Virus record (IMG/VR): IMGVR_UViG_3300020183_000008
Location: 32,001 to 96,000 of that record
Source of the DNA: a virus
Direction: 5' to 3' (one strand)
DNA: 64,000 nucleotides
The notes under the pieces were generated by a model, which saw only the letters and a list, made by a program, of their open reading frames with translations, was not told where the DNA came from and searched no databases. The position numbers and the translations under genes are program-made. The number at the start of each line of letters is the position of its first letter. Positions within the stretch are counted from its first letter, which is position 1. Below are positions 46,853 through 56,483 of the stretch, in pieces.

Positions 46853-47761
46853 TTACCTTTGCCATTTTCTGAGAGTTTTTGAGTAGTAGCTCATTTCATG
46901 TAGAACCTGATCTTTGTTATTTCCGCTTTCTACACAATTTTGCCACTTCTCTATTGAACTAAGAGGAATTGAAAGACCATTATCGATAGAAAACAACTTC
47001 AATCGAGGTGGAGGGTTGTTTTTGATAAAATTAGCCGCTTCTAACAACGATTCTGGAGAACCCATGTCCGTCCAATACCCATGAACAGTTGTAGATTCGA
47101 GGCGACCTTGCTCAAGATAGGCTTGAATAATATCTGTTACTTCTAGCTCACCTCGACCTGAAGGCTTGATCTTCTCAATAATATCAAAAACATCAGAGTC
47201 AAAAATATAAGCACCGACGACTGCGAGATTTGACTCAGGTTGTTTTGGTTTTTCGATGACTTTTAAAACTTTTCCAGATTCGTCCACAGTCGCAACTCCG
47301 AACGCTTTTGGGTCATCCACAGGTTTTAAAAGAATCTTTCCACCACCTCGATAGGTAGAGACGAACTCTGCTAAAGAATCTTCAAAAAAGTTGTCGGCAA
47401 GAATAACGCAAACAGGACTATTACCAACGAAAGGTCGGGCACAGCGTAAAGCATCTGCGATACCACCCTCACGATGTTGATACCCGAAATTGACGCTGTT
47501 CAATCCAAATTCTTTACCATTACCAATATACTCAATGACTTTCCCTGAATTTCTTGATCCTACAACGGCAACGACATCTTTGATCCCAGCTTCAACTAAA
47601 TTAGATAGAGGATATTCAATCATGGCGCGATCAAAAACATAAATCATGTGTTTGTTTACAACACGGTGAGTGTAATACGACATTCGTGTACCTAATCCAC
47701 CTGCGAGAATAACACCTTTCATTTTTGACCCCCTAAAATTTCGGTATAAGTCTGTTCCCAA
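46853..47761 (-). CDS. rmlA: Glucose-1-phosphate thymidylyltransferase
   Basis: GVILAGGLGTR, NKH, GIADAL, EKP, SGRGELEVTD and WTDMG. The true start is probably the internal MKGVIL near 47722. Confidence 0.93.
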   Translation of the reverse strand: MGTDLYRNFRGSKMKGVILAGGLGTRMSYYTHRVVNKHMIYVFDRAMIEYPLSNLVEAGIKDVVAVVGSRNSGKVIEYIGNGKEFGLNSVNFGYQHREGGIADALRCARPFVGNSPVCVILADNFFEDSLAEFVSTYRGGGKILLKPVDDPKAFGVATVDESGKVLKVIEKPKQPESNLAVVGAYIFDSDVFDIIEKIKPSGRGELEVTDIIQAYLEQGRLESTTVHGYWTDMGSPESLLEAANFIKNNPPPRLKLFSIDNGLSIPLSSIEKWQNCVESGNNKDQVLHEMSYYSKTLRKWQR

Positions 47762-48852
47762 AGTTTGTAGTTTTTACTGATATCGTAATCAGCTTCAGCG
47801 GTTCTTCTACCGTTTTCAGAGATCATATTGTGAAGCAAAGGATCTCGAATTAAATCTTGGATATATTGATACCATTCAACGGCGATACCTCTCGAATCTT
47901 TTTCATCTGAAGCCAAAAATCCGTTCACACCATGAGTGATGGTTTTTGTATAGTTCTCAATATTGGATGCTACACAGGCAGCACCAAAGGAAAAAGACTC
48001 GATTACCTTCAAATTACTTTTTGCATAATTGAACGGCAAATTGACGATAGGGCAGACAGAAATCGTCGGTCCTAAACGGATAAGATATTGCAGACAGGCA
48101 TGAAAATAATGAACAGGTATAGGATCCAAAACATAAAGCTGATTTGGATAAGGCTTCATCATTTTGAGAAAGTCAGCGGTACAACAACCGACCTTAACGA
48201 AAGCCACATCAGGGTTTTTTTCAGCTAACTCGGCTAAAGTTTGATCGATAATCGCAAGGTCTTTACTATGCGTGGGAGACCCCCACCAAATCACTTTCGT
48301 TTTCCCTTTTAGTCGAGCGAACATGGATTCTTGTGAAAGCACCTGTTGATGAACAGAGCGTGAAATAGAATTAGGATCCTTGAAAACTAAGTATTGTAAC
48401 CAGCGATTATCAGGTTGCCTCATAGCTTCAAGAGCTTTTAAGTCCATCGAATTCGGCAAAACATAAATGTTCTTATTGATACCTAAATGAACTTTTCTCA
48501 AATAATCAGTAGAAACTGTACAAGCATCAACTAGACCAATAAAGTTTAAAATCTTTTGTTTTTTATCTTTATAAAAATCATGTGCTGCGTTCCATTCAGG
48601 GATTTCAGTCATAAGGTCATCGCACTCGAAAAAAACAGGCTTACCTAGAGATTGAGCGAGCTGAACATAAGGAACAACGGCATCTTGATATTGCTTCTGT
48701 ACAATAACCACATCAGCCCATCGGATTTCATCTTCATCGTAACGATGAGAAACCCTGACGAGGTGACCTGCTTTTGCTAGGTACTTAAATGGTAACTGGA
48801 TACGAAAAAGACCGCACCCATCGAATCCTGAAATATAAGCAAGAATTTTCAT
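47719..48852 (-). CDS. GT-B fold glycosyltransferase
   Basis: DGCGLFRIQLP, ECDDL, TVST..L, VLPNS, FNYAKSNLKVIE and HGVNGFL. Start set at MKILAY. Confidence 0.85.
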   Translation of the reverse strand: MKILAYISGFDGCGLFRIQLPFKYLAKAGHLVRVSHRYDEDEIRWADVVIVQKQYQDAVVPYVQLAQSLGKPVFFECDDLMTEIPEWNAAHDFYKDKKQKILNFIGLVDACTVSTDYLRKVHLGINKNIYVLPNSMDLKALEAMRQPDNRWLQYLVFKDPNSISRSVHQQVLSQESMFARLKGKTKVIWWGSPTHSKDLAIIDQTLAELAEKNPDVAFVKVGCCTADFLKMMKPYPNQLYVLDPIPVHYFHACLQYLIRLGPTISVCPIVNLPFNYAKSNLKVIESFSFGAACVASNIENYTKTITHGVNGFLASDEKDSRGIAVEWYQYIQDLIRDPLLHNMISENGRRTAEADYDISKNYKLWEQTYTEILGGQK

Positions 48853-48887
48853 AATCACCACTATAACATGAGTTTTTCTGGATTCAA

Positions 48888-49547
48888 TCAGAACAGGACG
48901 CTTAACTTGTTGCCTCTTATATTTTCAACATAACCGCATCGGGAAATCAAAGTATAACGGGTCTTTTCGACCACCAAAGGACTTACTGAATGACAAAACG
49001 TAGGAACCACATTACAGATTGATACAAGCACTCCGTGTTCAGCTACAATCTCTTGCACTCTATCAATACTATCTTTGATTCCCCACCACGTTTTGTCTAG
49101 TTTCCACGAGCCACACAAAAGATTACCACCGTACTCAGAAATCCACTTTTCCGAAGTCAAAAATAAACAATTCGTGACGTGAAGACCCTCATGTACATCA
49201 TTGTGAAAGGGAAGGTGTACACCTTGTTTATGCTGGTGAAGTAGCGTGGTACGCTGCGAAAAGTCACCGTATAACAAACGCCAATAATCAAAATAAGGCT
49301 GTGAAAGTATTGAATCCCATATAGAAGTAATCTCAGATGGGGGTTTGTTATCCGATGTTTTTTTGCTGAAAGCACTGTCCCAGTCAGGTATTTGAGGATT
49401 AGACTTCTTAGTCTTCGACTCTTCTCTGAAATTTTGGCTTTCTGCAATTTTTAGAAATTCATCTGCAAAAGACTTTTTTAAACGGGTTGCAGTCCAACCT
49501 TTTGAAAAGAAATGGTCTGCATCAAATAATTCGTCTTGCAACATCAC
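48888..49547 (-). CDS. 2OG-Fe(II) oxygenase
   Basis: PFHND (HxD), YGGNL, FCHSV and RYT. Confidence 0.85.
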   Translation of the reverse strand: MMLQDELFDADHFFSKGWTATRLKKSFADEFLKIAESQNFREESKTKKSNPQIPDWDSAFSKKTSDNKPPSEITSIWDSILSQPYFDYWRLLYGDFSQRTTLLHQHKQGVHLPFHNDVHEGLHVTNCLFLTSEKWISEYGGNLLCGSWKLDKTWWGIKDSIDRVQEIVAEHGVLVSICNVVPTFCHSVSPLVVEKTRYTLISRCGYVENIRGNKLSVLF

Positions 49548-50055
49548 TTAAACCGATCTTAGACCGCAGCGTTTTTACCATATCCATGTTTTCAGTCTCT
49601 TCTGCTTTGTCCAGAACGTAAAAAGATTTCGCGTATTTCTCTAAGCCAAGGTCTTTCTTTTTTTCAATCAACTGCTTTTCAGTAATTCGCAAAAGATCAG
49701 CCAAAGATAAATCACGAATAGAAGGGGTTTGCTGCGGTCGAGATTCTCGGCTTACAGGAGAATCTTCGACACCATCCCACTTAACACCAAATTGTTTTTC
49801 TAACAGATAACAAGAATCTCTGAAATTTACTTTTTTGTATTCTGAATAAAAACCAATGATATCGTAGGCAACCCCGCAAGCAAAACATTTAAACAATTCG
49901 TTGCGGTAAATGCGAGCAGATGGTTTTGAATCTTGCCCGTGAAAAGGGCACCTCATTTGAAAATCACCATCCGCGCTCGATGGTAATAAATTCAATAAAG
50001 ATAAAACATCAGTCATGTGAACGTGATTTTTGATGTTCTTAACTCTATTTTTCAA
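49522..50055 (-). CDS. Stand-alone CHC2 zinc finger (primase Zn-binding domain)
   Basis: CPFHGQDSKPSA...FKCFACG...DII. Confidence 0.88.
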   Translation of the reverse strand: MKNRVKNIKNHVHMTDVLSLLNLLPSSADGDFQMRCPFHGQDSKPSARIYRNELFKCFACGVAYDIIGFYSEYKKVNFRDSCYLLEKQFGVKWDGVEDSPVSRESRPQQTPSIRDLSLADLLRITEKQLIEKKKDLGLEKYAKSFYVLDKAEETENMDMVKTLRSKIGLSDVARRII

Positions 50056-50091
50056 GGATGTTATCCCTATTCTAAAGAATATTTAAAAACT

Positions 50092-51627
50092 TCAAAGAGA
50101 TATCTCTTGCACTCCGGATGACAGAGGTATCTCATCTCCTTGATCACGATACATAATCTGACGACAAGCGAGTTTTGTATCACTAATGAAAGGTGAAAAA
50201 ATCTCACCATGACGGTTTTTGATACAACCTATGTGAATCTGGTTATTCTGCCTTAAATCATGATTCAAATAGGTATACAAAACAGCATCAGCCGAGCGTT
50301 CAGCTTCATTGGCATAAGAAAGGTGATACGTTGAATAAATAGGTCTATCGGTTTGAGCAACATCAATCCGAGCAGAGTCCGATTCCGATTTTTTAACGGC
50401 TTCTTTTTTACCTTCGCGGTTGATCTGAAAAGGGCTTATGATCGCTATCCCTCTATTGTCATCGAAGGTTTGAGCCACTCTTTTTAGTTTTTTCATGATT
50501 GAGTTCAAGTTATGACTTTCACTCATACCAGGTTTCCAGTCATCAGCGAACATCAAGCCTGGGTAGTCGATAACCATCAAATCGATGGGATCTTTTCTAT
50601 GAATAGCCATAGCTTTGGATGCCAATAAATTGGGTGTACAGTCCTGATTCGGTTCCCAGATATGAAGTTTTCCGTACAAATTATCCGGATCACGTCCCGA
50701 TTCTAAGCCGCGAGAGGACCAATCGCGGAGAGCAAACTTGTAAAGAGCCTCTCTTTGACCCCAAAGCATAGCCGATTTAATTTGATCATAGACAACATCA
50801 ACCTTCTTTTCACAATTCGCCTGAAGCTCAGGATTGTTCGCATGTAGGCAATAAAAAATATCCTGTACGTTTTCTTTACTCATTTCCAGAGAAACAAACA
50901 TACAAGAATAACCAGATGTTACAGCGTGATAAACCCAATTCATAGCAAGGGTTGTTTTACATTCACCTACGGCACCAGCGATAACCACTAATTGTTTTCG
51001 GTGTATGCCTTTAAGAGCATTGTCGAGGGGGGATAGACCTGAAACAATCCCCCACTGAGCCATTTTATTTTTATTCGCTAACTCGTAGCGTTTAATAGCC
51101 GATTCGACGCCTTCAGTCATCTCAACGTGAGTTATCTCATCACTCTCTGTTTGAAAAAACTGATCTGTACTATGAAGCAAAAACTCGACTGCATCTTTGA
51201 CACCTTTACGGGTTTTTTGACCTTTAGGTGCAACGTATTTGTCGTTTGCAATCTCAACAGCTTCTTGAATAGTTTTATTGAATATTCTTTGATGACATTC
51301 TTTTTGAACAACATCATGTAAATATCGAAAACCAGCGCCAATCTGAGCAGAATATTCATGGATGAGATTTAATTCATCCATCAATTCAATCGAAGTGCTC
51401 CCGCGAGTTTCGAAAGCTAAATTTAGAATTGAGAACGTCGGTAAATCGTTATTCTCTTGAACATAGTCAATTACAAATTTTAAAATCTGACCGTAATCTG
51501 GATTCAATACTTCTAATTTGGGAGTTGGGTATTCCAGAAGTTTTACATGATTTTCACCAAGATCTTCACGGTCATCTTTTTTGATGAGGCAGCGCAAGTA
51601 TTTACGCGATGAATCACTGATGCTCAT
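50092..51627 (-). CDS. dnaB: DnaB-like replicative helicase
   Basis: SGLSPLD, Walker A GAVGECKT, SLEM, VIDYPGLM, QINR and KNRHG. Confidence 0.9.
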   Translation of the reverse strand: MSISDSSRKYLRCLIKKDDREDLGENHVKLLEYPTPKLEVLNPDYGQILKFVIDYVQENNDLPTFSILNLAFETRGSTSIELMDELNLIHEYSAQIGAGFRYLHDVVQKECHQRIFNKTIQEAVEIANDKYVAPKGQKTRKGVKDAVEFLLHSTDQFFQTESDEITHVEMTEGVESAIKRYELANKNKMAQWGIVSGLSPLDNALKGIHRKQLVVIAGAVGECKTTLAMNWVYHAVTSGYSCMFVSLEMSKENVQDIFYCLHANNPELQANCEKKVDVVYDQIKSAMLWGQREALYKFALRDWSSRGLESGRDPDNLYGKLHIWEPNQDCTPNLLASKAMAIHRKDPIDLMVIDYPGLMFADDWKPGMSESHNLNSIMKKLKRVAQTFDDNRGIAIISPFQINREGKKEAVKKSESDSARIDVAQTDRPIYSTYHLSYANEAERSADAVLYTYLNHDLRQNNQIHIGCIKNRHGEIFSPFISDTKLACRQIMYRDQGDEIPLSSGVQEISL

Positions 51628-52472
51628 GTTCGCGCTCCACTTCTCAACTGCTTACCACCCACCTGTTTCGCATTTCGAGCAGGTTTCTGCTTATCTAGAT
51701 TAGGTTCATCTTGTTTGTCTTCCGCAGGAACAATACAAGATACATCGCCAATCGTGATAGTTACAAAATTATCACTACCTATTTCTTTTATATTTTTGTC
51801 CCCGACGTTTGGATTTGTAACCCATCGAGTTGGATTCCAAAACCAAATGGGCAGCGATTTAGATTTTCTATGTAAAATCAATTCTTCGACGTGGGATTCA
51901 TCGGCTATGTTCGAATAGCCTTTTTTAGACAAGTCAAAAACAAGAAGATGCTTATCATCGAACATTCCAAAATCAGAACGACCGCTTTTTTCATCGAATT
52001 TTTTAGACCTCAACATGAGAACATCAATAAATTGTATGTTAAATTTTCGGACTTTGTTCTTAAAAACCAAAAACTCAGTAAACGCCTGTAAATGCGACAG
52101 AAACAACGCGTATTCTGCCACAATAAAAGCATTCTTTATTTTCCCTTTTTTCAAATGACCAAATTCATAAACTGAAAATAGTTTAGAAAGTTCAGTTTCA
52201 TCAGGTCTCTGAAAAATACAGGAGTTCATTTCAATCGTGAAATACTTTCTCAGATAGTATTCACGCTCTTCTTGGCAAGGTTGGTATTTCCCTTCGTAAG
52301 GATTACCGGAAACGTAGTCAAAATGCTCATACCTGTGTTTACCGCAATGTGGGCACAAAGACTGAGGTGATATAAGACTTTTCTCATCAGGAACGAAATC
52401 CGGATTGCTCTTGCGCTTTTCCGCAATCGCTCTCTCTTCATCTTTGGGTGTCCAAACGAAACCACGTTTCAT
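51624..52472 (-). CDS. Possible degenerate DnaC/DnaI-like helicase loader
   Basis: CPHC N-terminus and LLVFDL...EELILHR....PIW; coupled to dnaB; no Walker A visible. Confidence 0.45.
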   Translation of the reverse strand: MKRGFVWTPKDEERAIAEKRKSNPDFVPDEKSLISPQSLCPHCGKHRYEHFDYVSGNPYEGKYQPCQEEREYYLRKYFTIEMNSCIFQRPDETELSKLFSVYEFGHLKKGKIKNAFIVAEYALFLSHLQAFTEFLVFKNKVRKFNIQFIDVLMLRSKKFDEKSGRSDFGMFDDKHLLVFDLSKKGYSNIADESHVEELILHRKSKSLPIWFWNPTRWVTNPNVGDKNIKEIGSDNFVTITIGDVSCIVPAEDKQDEPNLDKQKPARNAKQVGGKQLRSGART

Positions 52473-54214
52473 AGTTTTTGCCTCGCAGCTTGAACCATCT
52501 CAGTAAACAAGCTGTCCGTAACATCGCCTTCAAAAGCTAGTTCACCTGTTTGAGTTTCCCCAAATACTGAAGCGACTAGCCCTTGCTTCTTTTTCAAAGT
52601 CTTCAAAACATATTCATCGATCGTTTTTCGATTGATCAAGTGTAAAACAAGAATGGATGTATGCCTAGAGCCGATACGTTGGGCTCGACCGACGAGCTGC
52701 AAGTAATCACCGTAAGACCACGGATTGTCGTAAAAAATGAAAGTTGAAGCGATCTGTAGATTTATCGACTCAGAACCAGCGCGGTTGATGAAAATAACAT
52801 TTACACCGCTATTTTCATCTTGAAAAATCTCTTTGTTTTTATTTCTTTGTTCCGCGCTTTCATCCCCTGTGATACGAGTCATCTTCAATTTTTTCTTAGC
52901 GAACAACTCTTCAAAACGGTCAATCATTTTTTTGAAGTTCGTGAAAACAATAACTTTTTCATCTATTAAGTCTTCTTCCAAAAGTCGAAATATCTCTTCT
53001 TCTTTCGAACTATCACCTGATATGCCAACAAGATTGGGTGAATTAGATATTTGCTGACAATAAATCAAAGCAGCGACTTTCTCGACTTTCTTCTCTTCAC
53101 CTGTATCTAGTACAAGTAGCCCCTCTAAAGCATCTTTGTAGGCTTTTACTTGACTTTCAGTCATGTCCAGAAGGACTTCTTTAGAAATCAGAACAGGTAA
53201 TTCTTTTGCAACATCTTCTTTTTTTCTACCCAAAAAATAAGGGTCAATTACTTGCCTGAATTGCACAAGATTCTTGTACCCTACAACTTTGGGGATTTTT
53301 CTACGTACACCACCTATGACCATAGGGAGCAAAACGACTTTGCAGTAGTCATCCTTGAATTTTGTAGCATTACCGAAAAGTTGGGGGATGATTGCCTTAT
53401 AAATTGCGTAGGCTTCTTCGAGACGATTTTTGATGATTGTTGCCGACAGTCCGTATGACCGCGAAGCCCTCTTACTCGTTTCAGCGACCGCTCTAAAAGT
53501 GAGCGTGTTTGTGCTCTTAAAATAGCTCGCTTCATCGAACACAACCATAAAATTACCAAGAGCAGCACTTAAATCATCAAACTCTTCAATCAGGGTGTTG
53601 TAATTTACAACAAACATATCGCAGTTTTTTTCAACCAAACGGTTAAGCTGAAACAGACGACTTGCTTTACCAGTTAAAGCGACGCATCTGAGATTACCAT
53701 CGCTATCTTTACCTTTCTTGAAGAAAGGCACGTTCGCTGATGCAGAGAAGTCTTTACTGAGGGCTGTCAAAGAAAGGTCTACAAGAACCTTGATGGGCTT
53801 CCCACCCTTGTCTCGTTTTTCAACCCCACCTGTTTTTATTTTGCTCCATTCATCGGAGTCCGCAGAAATCTGGATTTCCCCTGATGCGATCACACCTGTA
53901 TTTATATTTTGCAAGAATTTATCGCATTCGCTTGCCCACTGGTAGAGTGCGGATTTTGACGCCACAACAAGCAGCTTTAAATTTGGGTCTTTTTCTTTAA
54001 GGTAAGCGTAACCACTCAATATCTGTAAAGTTTTTCCAAGACCAGTTCCATCTCCGATCACCATACGAGGTAAGGAGAGAAGATGATAAACACCGATCGC
54101 TTGATAATTTCGCAGCTTCACTTCATCTTTAATGTAAATGCACGGCTTTAGCTGCAAGTTATCAGCTTGTCGAACCTGTTTAAGTCTGTCATAGTAATTC
54201 GGCGGAGGAATCAT
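52469..54214 (-). CDS. SNF2-family helicase
   Basis: LRNYQ, GDGTGLGKT, DEAS, LSATIIKN, KVIVFT, SINLQ and QLVGRAQRIG. Confidence 0.92.
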   Translation of the reverse strand: MIPPPNYYDRLKQVRQADNLQLKPCIYIKDEVKLRNYQAIGVYHLLSLPRMVIGDGTGLGKTLQILSGYAYLKEKDPNLKLLVVASKSALYQWASECDKFLQNINTGVIASGEIQISADSDEWSKIKTGGVEKRDKGGKPIKVLVDLSLTALSKDFSASANVPFFKKGKDSDGNLRCVALTGKASRLFQLNRLVEKNCDMFVVNYNTLIEEFDDLSAALGNFMVVFDEASYFKSTNTLTFRAVAETSKRASRSYGLSATIIKNRLEEAYAIYKAIIPQLFGNATKFKDDYCKVVLLPMVIGGVRRKIPKVVGYKNLVQFRQVIDPYFLGRKKEDVAKELPVLISKEVLLDMTESQVKAYKDALEGLLVLDTGEEKKVEKVAALIYCQQISNSPNLVGISGDSSKEEEIFRLLEEDLIDEKVIVFTNFKKMIDRFEELFAKKKLKMTRITGDESAEQRNKNKEIFQDENSGVNVIFINRAGSESINLQIASTFIFYDNPWSYGDYLQLVGRAQRIGSRHTSILVLHLINRKTIDEYVLKTLKKKQGLVASVFGETQTGELAFEGDVTDSLFTEMVQAARQKL

Positions 54215-54219
54215 AAGTC

Positions 54220-55188
54220 ATGAATAACGGAAGCGACAACAACTTACAAGAAGCTAATGTGGACAATCTTTACGATGGTAATGAAATCAGGGCTGTACAA
54301 AAAATAGCACAAGAATCCGTAAATAAAATTTCGGTAGATAAAAATCTGATTGGGGATAACCTTTACGAATTCTGGTTCTCCCCTGACTCTGAAAAAGATG
54401 TGCGTGAAATCTTAGCTGACTGTATCAGTAGAACAAAATGGGATTCGCTTCTTTCAAAATATAAAGATGGTTCGGTGAGTTCAGATGAGGTGATCGATGC
54501 CCTTTTGCTTTCACACCTGACCGTTTTAAATGAAGAGACTCAAAACCCGTTTGCGACCACAGAGGAAATCGTAGATCGGGCTTTAGAATCAAAAATCAAG
54601 GGCAAATTAGGCAGAAAATTGATCGCAAACACGATTGATACTCTAGCTGAGTCTAATCTGCTAAATGCGAATCCTGAGGCATTAAAGCTACTGGTAGACC
54701 AATCTCTGACAAAATCAGATGCACGTGTTGAAGAAAAACAGCTTTTAATTCCTGAGTTGAAAGAAGCGATGCCTGCTCTTGTGGACAACAGCTTCAATAA
54801 ATACTTAAACAGTATTGCTGTGGCTGATGTTATCAGAGATATCACATCGGAAGAACTAATCAGCCGCCTTTCGGATCAAGACGATTCATACTTTTCACCC
54901 GTGCACCATCTAGTTTTTGATTTAGGCTGGGAAGCACCATCTCGACTCAAAGCGGATGAAAAATGCCTATCTTTGTACGTTGCTGAATTAGACAGAGCTT
55001 GGGTAGATGAATCAGCATCAAACATCAAAACTTCGGACAGAAGAATCACAAGATACCTTGTAAGAGATGTGAAGCGTGGTGATGTAGATGTGTTAGGGAA
55101 AATAACAGATGCTCTAAACGAGGCTTACAGAAATCGATTGCTTGAAAAATCAAATTTTACAAAAGTTCTGTGGGAAAGAGGGCTTTAA
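54220..55188 (+). CDS. Hypothetical acidic helical protein
   Basis: 322 aa ORF divergent from the SNF2 gene. Confidence 0.65.
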   Translation: MNNGSDNNLQEANVDNLYDGNEIRAVQKIAQESVNKISVDKNLIGDNLYEFWFSPDSEKDVREILADCISRTKWDSLLSKYKDGSVSSDEVIDALLLSHLTVLNEETQNPFATTEEIVDRALESKIKGKLGRKLIANTIDTLAESNLLNANPEALKLLVDQSLTKSDARVEEKQLLIPELKEAMPALVDNSFNKYLNSIAVADVIRDITSEELISRLSDQDDSYFSPVHHLVFDLGWEAPSRLKADEKCLSLYVAELDRAWVDESASNIKTSDRRITRYLVRDVKRGDVDVLGKITDALNEAYRNRLLEKSNFTKVLWERGL

Positions 55189-55519
55189 GTCGAGGATCCT
55201 TACGGATTCGATCTTGCACAGTAAGAAGAGTTTGATGAAGTTCGGGGTAATGAACCCGAACTTTTTCCATATAGGGATCCTGATGCTGCGATTGAATTTC
55301 ACCTAACTTATTTTTTAAATCCTGAATTTCAGAATCAAGATCGCTCTGAACTTTCACTTTAGATGCTGTAGCTTTCTTGAGCCGCTTCTGATGATGTTTT
55401 ATATTTTCCAGAATTTGATAAAATTCGTGGTAAGAATCATGAACTTTGATGATGAAACTTTGAATGTTAGCAATACTCAATCGAAGAGGGCTTGAAATTA
55501 GCTCACAGCAAGCTAACAT
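55157..55519 (-). CDS. Hypothetical protein
   Basis: 120 aa, overlaps both neighbours; start uncertain. Confidence 0.45.
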   Translation of the reverse strand: MLACCELISSPLRLSIANIQSFIIKVHDSYHEFYQILENIKHHQKRLKKATASKVKVQSDLDSEIQDLKNKLGEIQSQHQDPYMEKVRVHYPELHQTLLTVQDRIRKDPRLKALFPTELL

Positions 55520-56483
55520 TCATAATTCTCCTAACAATAGACCTTGCAATCTTTGCCCTGAAAACTCTTCTCAAATCATCAGAATCTAATTCAAGATTCA
55601 AAACGATTCTTCTAAGTTCAGCGGTATATTTTTCCAAAAACTTTTTGGCAGCGTAACTTTCAAGTTTTAAATTTGTTTTTAAATTTTCCATGATTTCCGA
55701 TGATGAATCGGACTCTTTAATTATGTCAAATACTTTAACATAACGAGGATCTTCATTTTCTAGTTTTTCTAAAATTTGATTTTTCAAAAACTTATCATCA
55801 ACGGTAACATCATCAACAACATCTTGAATATGATGAGAATCACTTACGGTAGAACTTTGCTCATCACCTTTATCAAAGTTTCCGAATGACTTTGCATGGT
55901 CGATAAACTTATCTTTGTTTTCTTTGATAAAATTCTTTGCTTTATTTACAACAGAAGTTGTCCAGAAACTAATAAATTCAGGTTCATCTTTACCTTTAAA
56001 TTTATTAAAGATATTTGGACGAGGTTTATCACTAAGCATCTTGTCCAAATCGATGTCTTTTTTCATAGTTTTGAAAGGTTTTTTCTCACCTGTGAAACAC
56101 ATCTCGATGAATTTTGAATCAAAATCAAAATGATCTAAAATTTTTAGGATATTTTTATCTTGTTGAATTTTATCTAATGAAAAACCCTTAGATTTCATCT
56201 GAAGAACAATATTAGGAATCAGAGTCTCAGCAAGATATTTTCGATGATAATTTTCTAAAGGCTTGCCCGGTGATTTAACAATAAGTTGTTGAATCACACC
56301 TAGAACAAGGTCATCGATTGTCATACCACCTTTAAGGTTGGACAAATCAAATTTTTTCCTGATGGCACCAATCGCTAACTTGTATAGATCCGTAGAATCA
56401 GAAATCGGCAGCCCTAAACTTTGAGCTTCATTTTTCAAAGTTTCCGCGATTTTTTCCGCTTGAATTATGGCTGTCTTTTTCAT
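55503..56483 (-). CDS. Hypothetical protein with a possible sigma-like C-terminal half
   Basis: FISFWTTSVVNKAKNFIKE resembles ECF sigma region 2.3-2.4. It is followed by an acidic linker and LEKLENEDPRYVKVF. Confidence 0.45.
   Translation of the reverse strand: MKKTAIIQAEKIAETLKNEAQSLGLPISDSTDLYKLAIGAIRKKFDLSNLKGGMTIDDLVLGVIQQLIVKSPGKPLENYHRKYLAETLIPNIVLQMKSKGFSLDKIQQDKNILKILDHFDFDSKFIEMCFTGEKKPFKTMKKDIDLDKMLSDKPRPNIFNKFKGKDEPEFISFWTTSVVNKAKNFIKENKDKFIDHAKSFGNFDKGDEQSSTVSDSHHIQDVVDDVTVDDKFLKNQILEKLENEDPRYVKVFDIIKESDSSSEIMENLKTNLKLESYAAKKFLEKYTAELRRIVLNLELDSDDLRRVFRAKIARSIVRRIMNVSLL

Noticed and set aside
3044-54214. Inteins or introns in terL, polA, dnaB or SNF2
   Set aside because: Catalytic motifs are contiguous, with no C...HN splice motifs or homing-endonuclease blocks. 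The SNF2 insert is short and lacks them.
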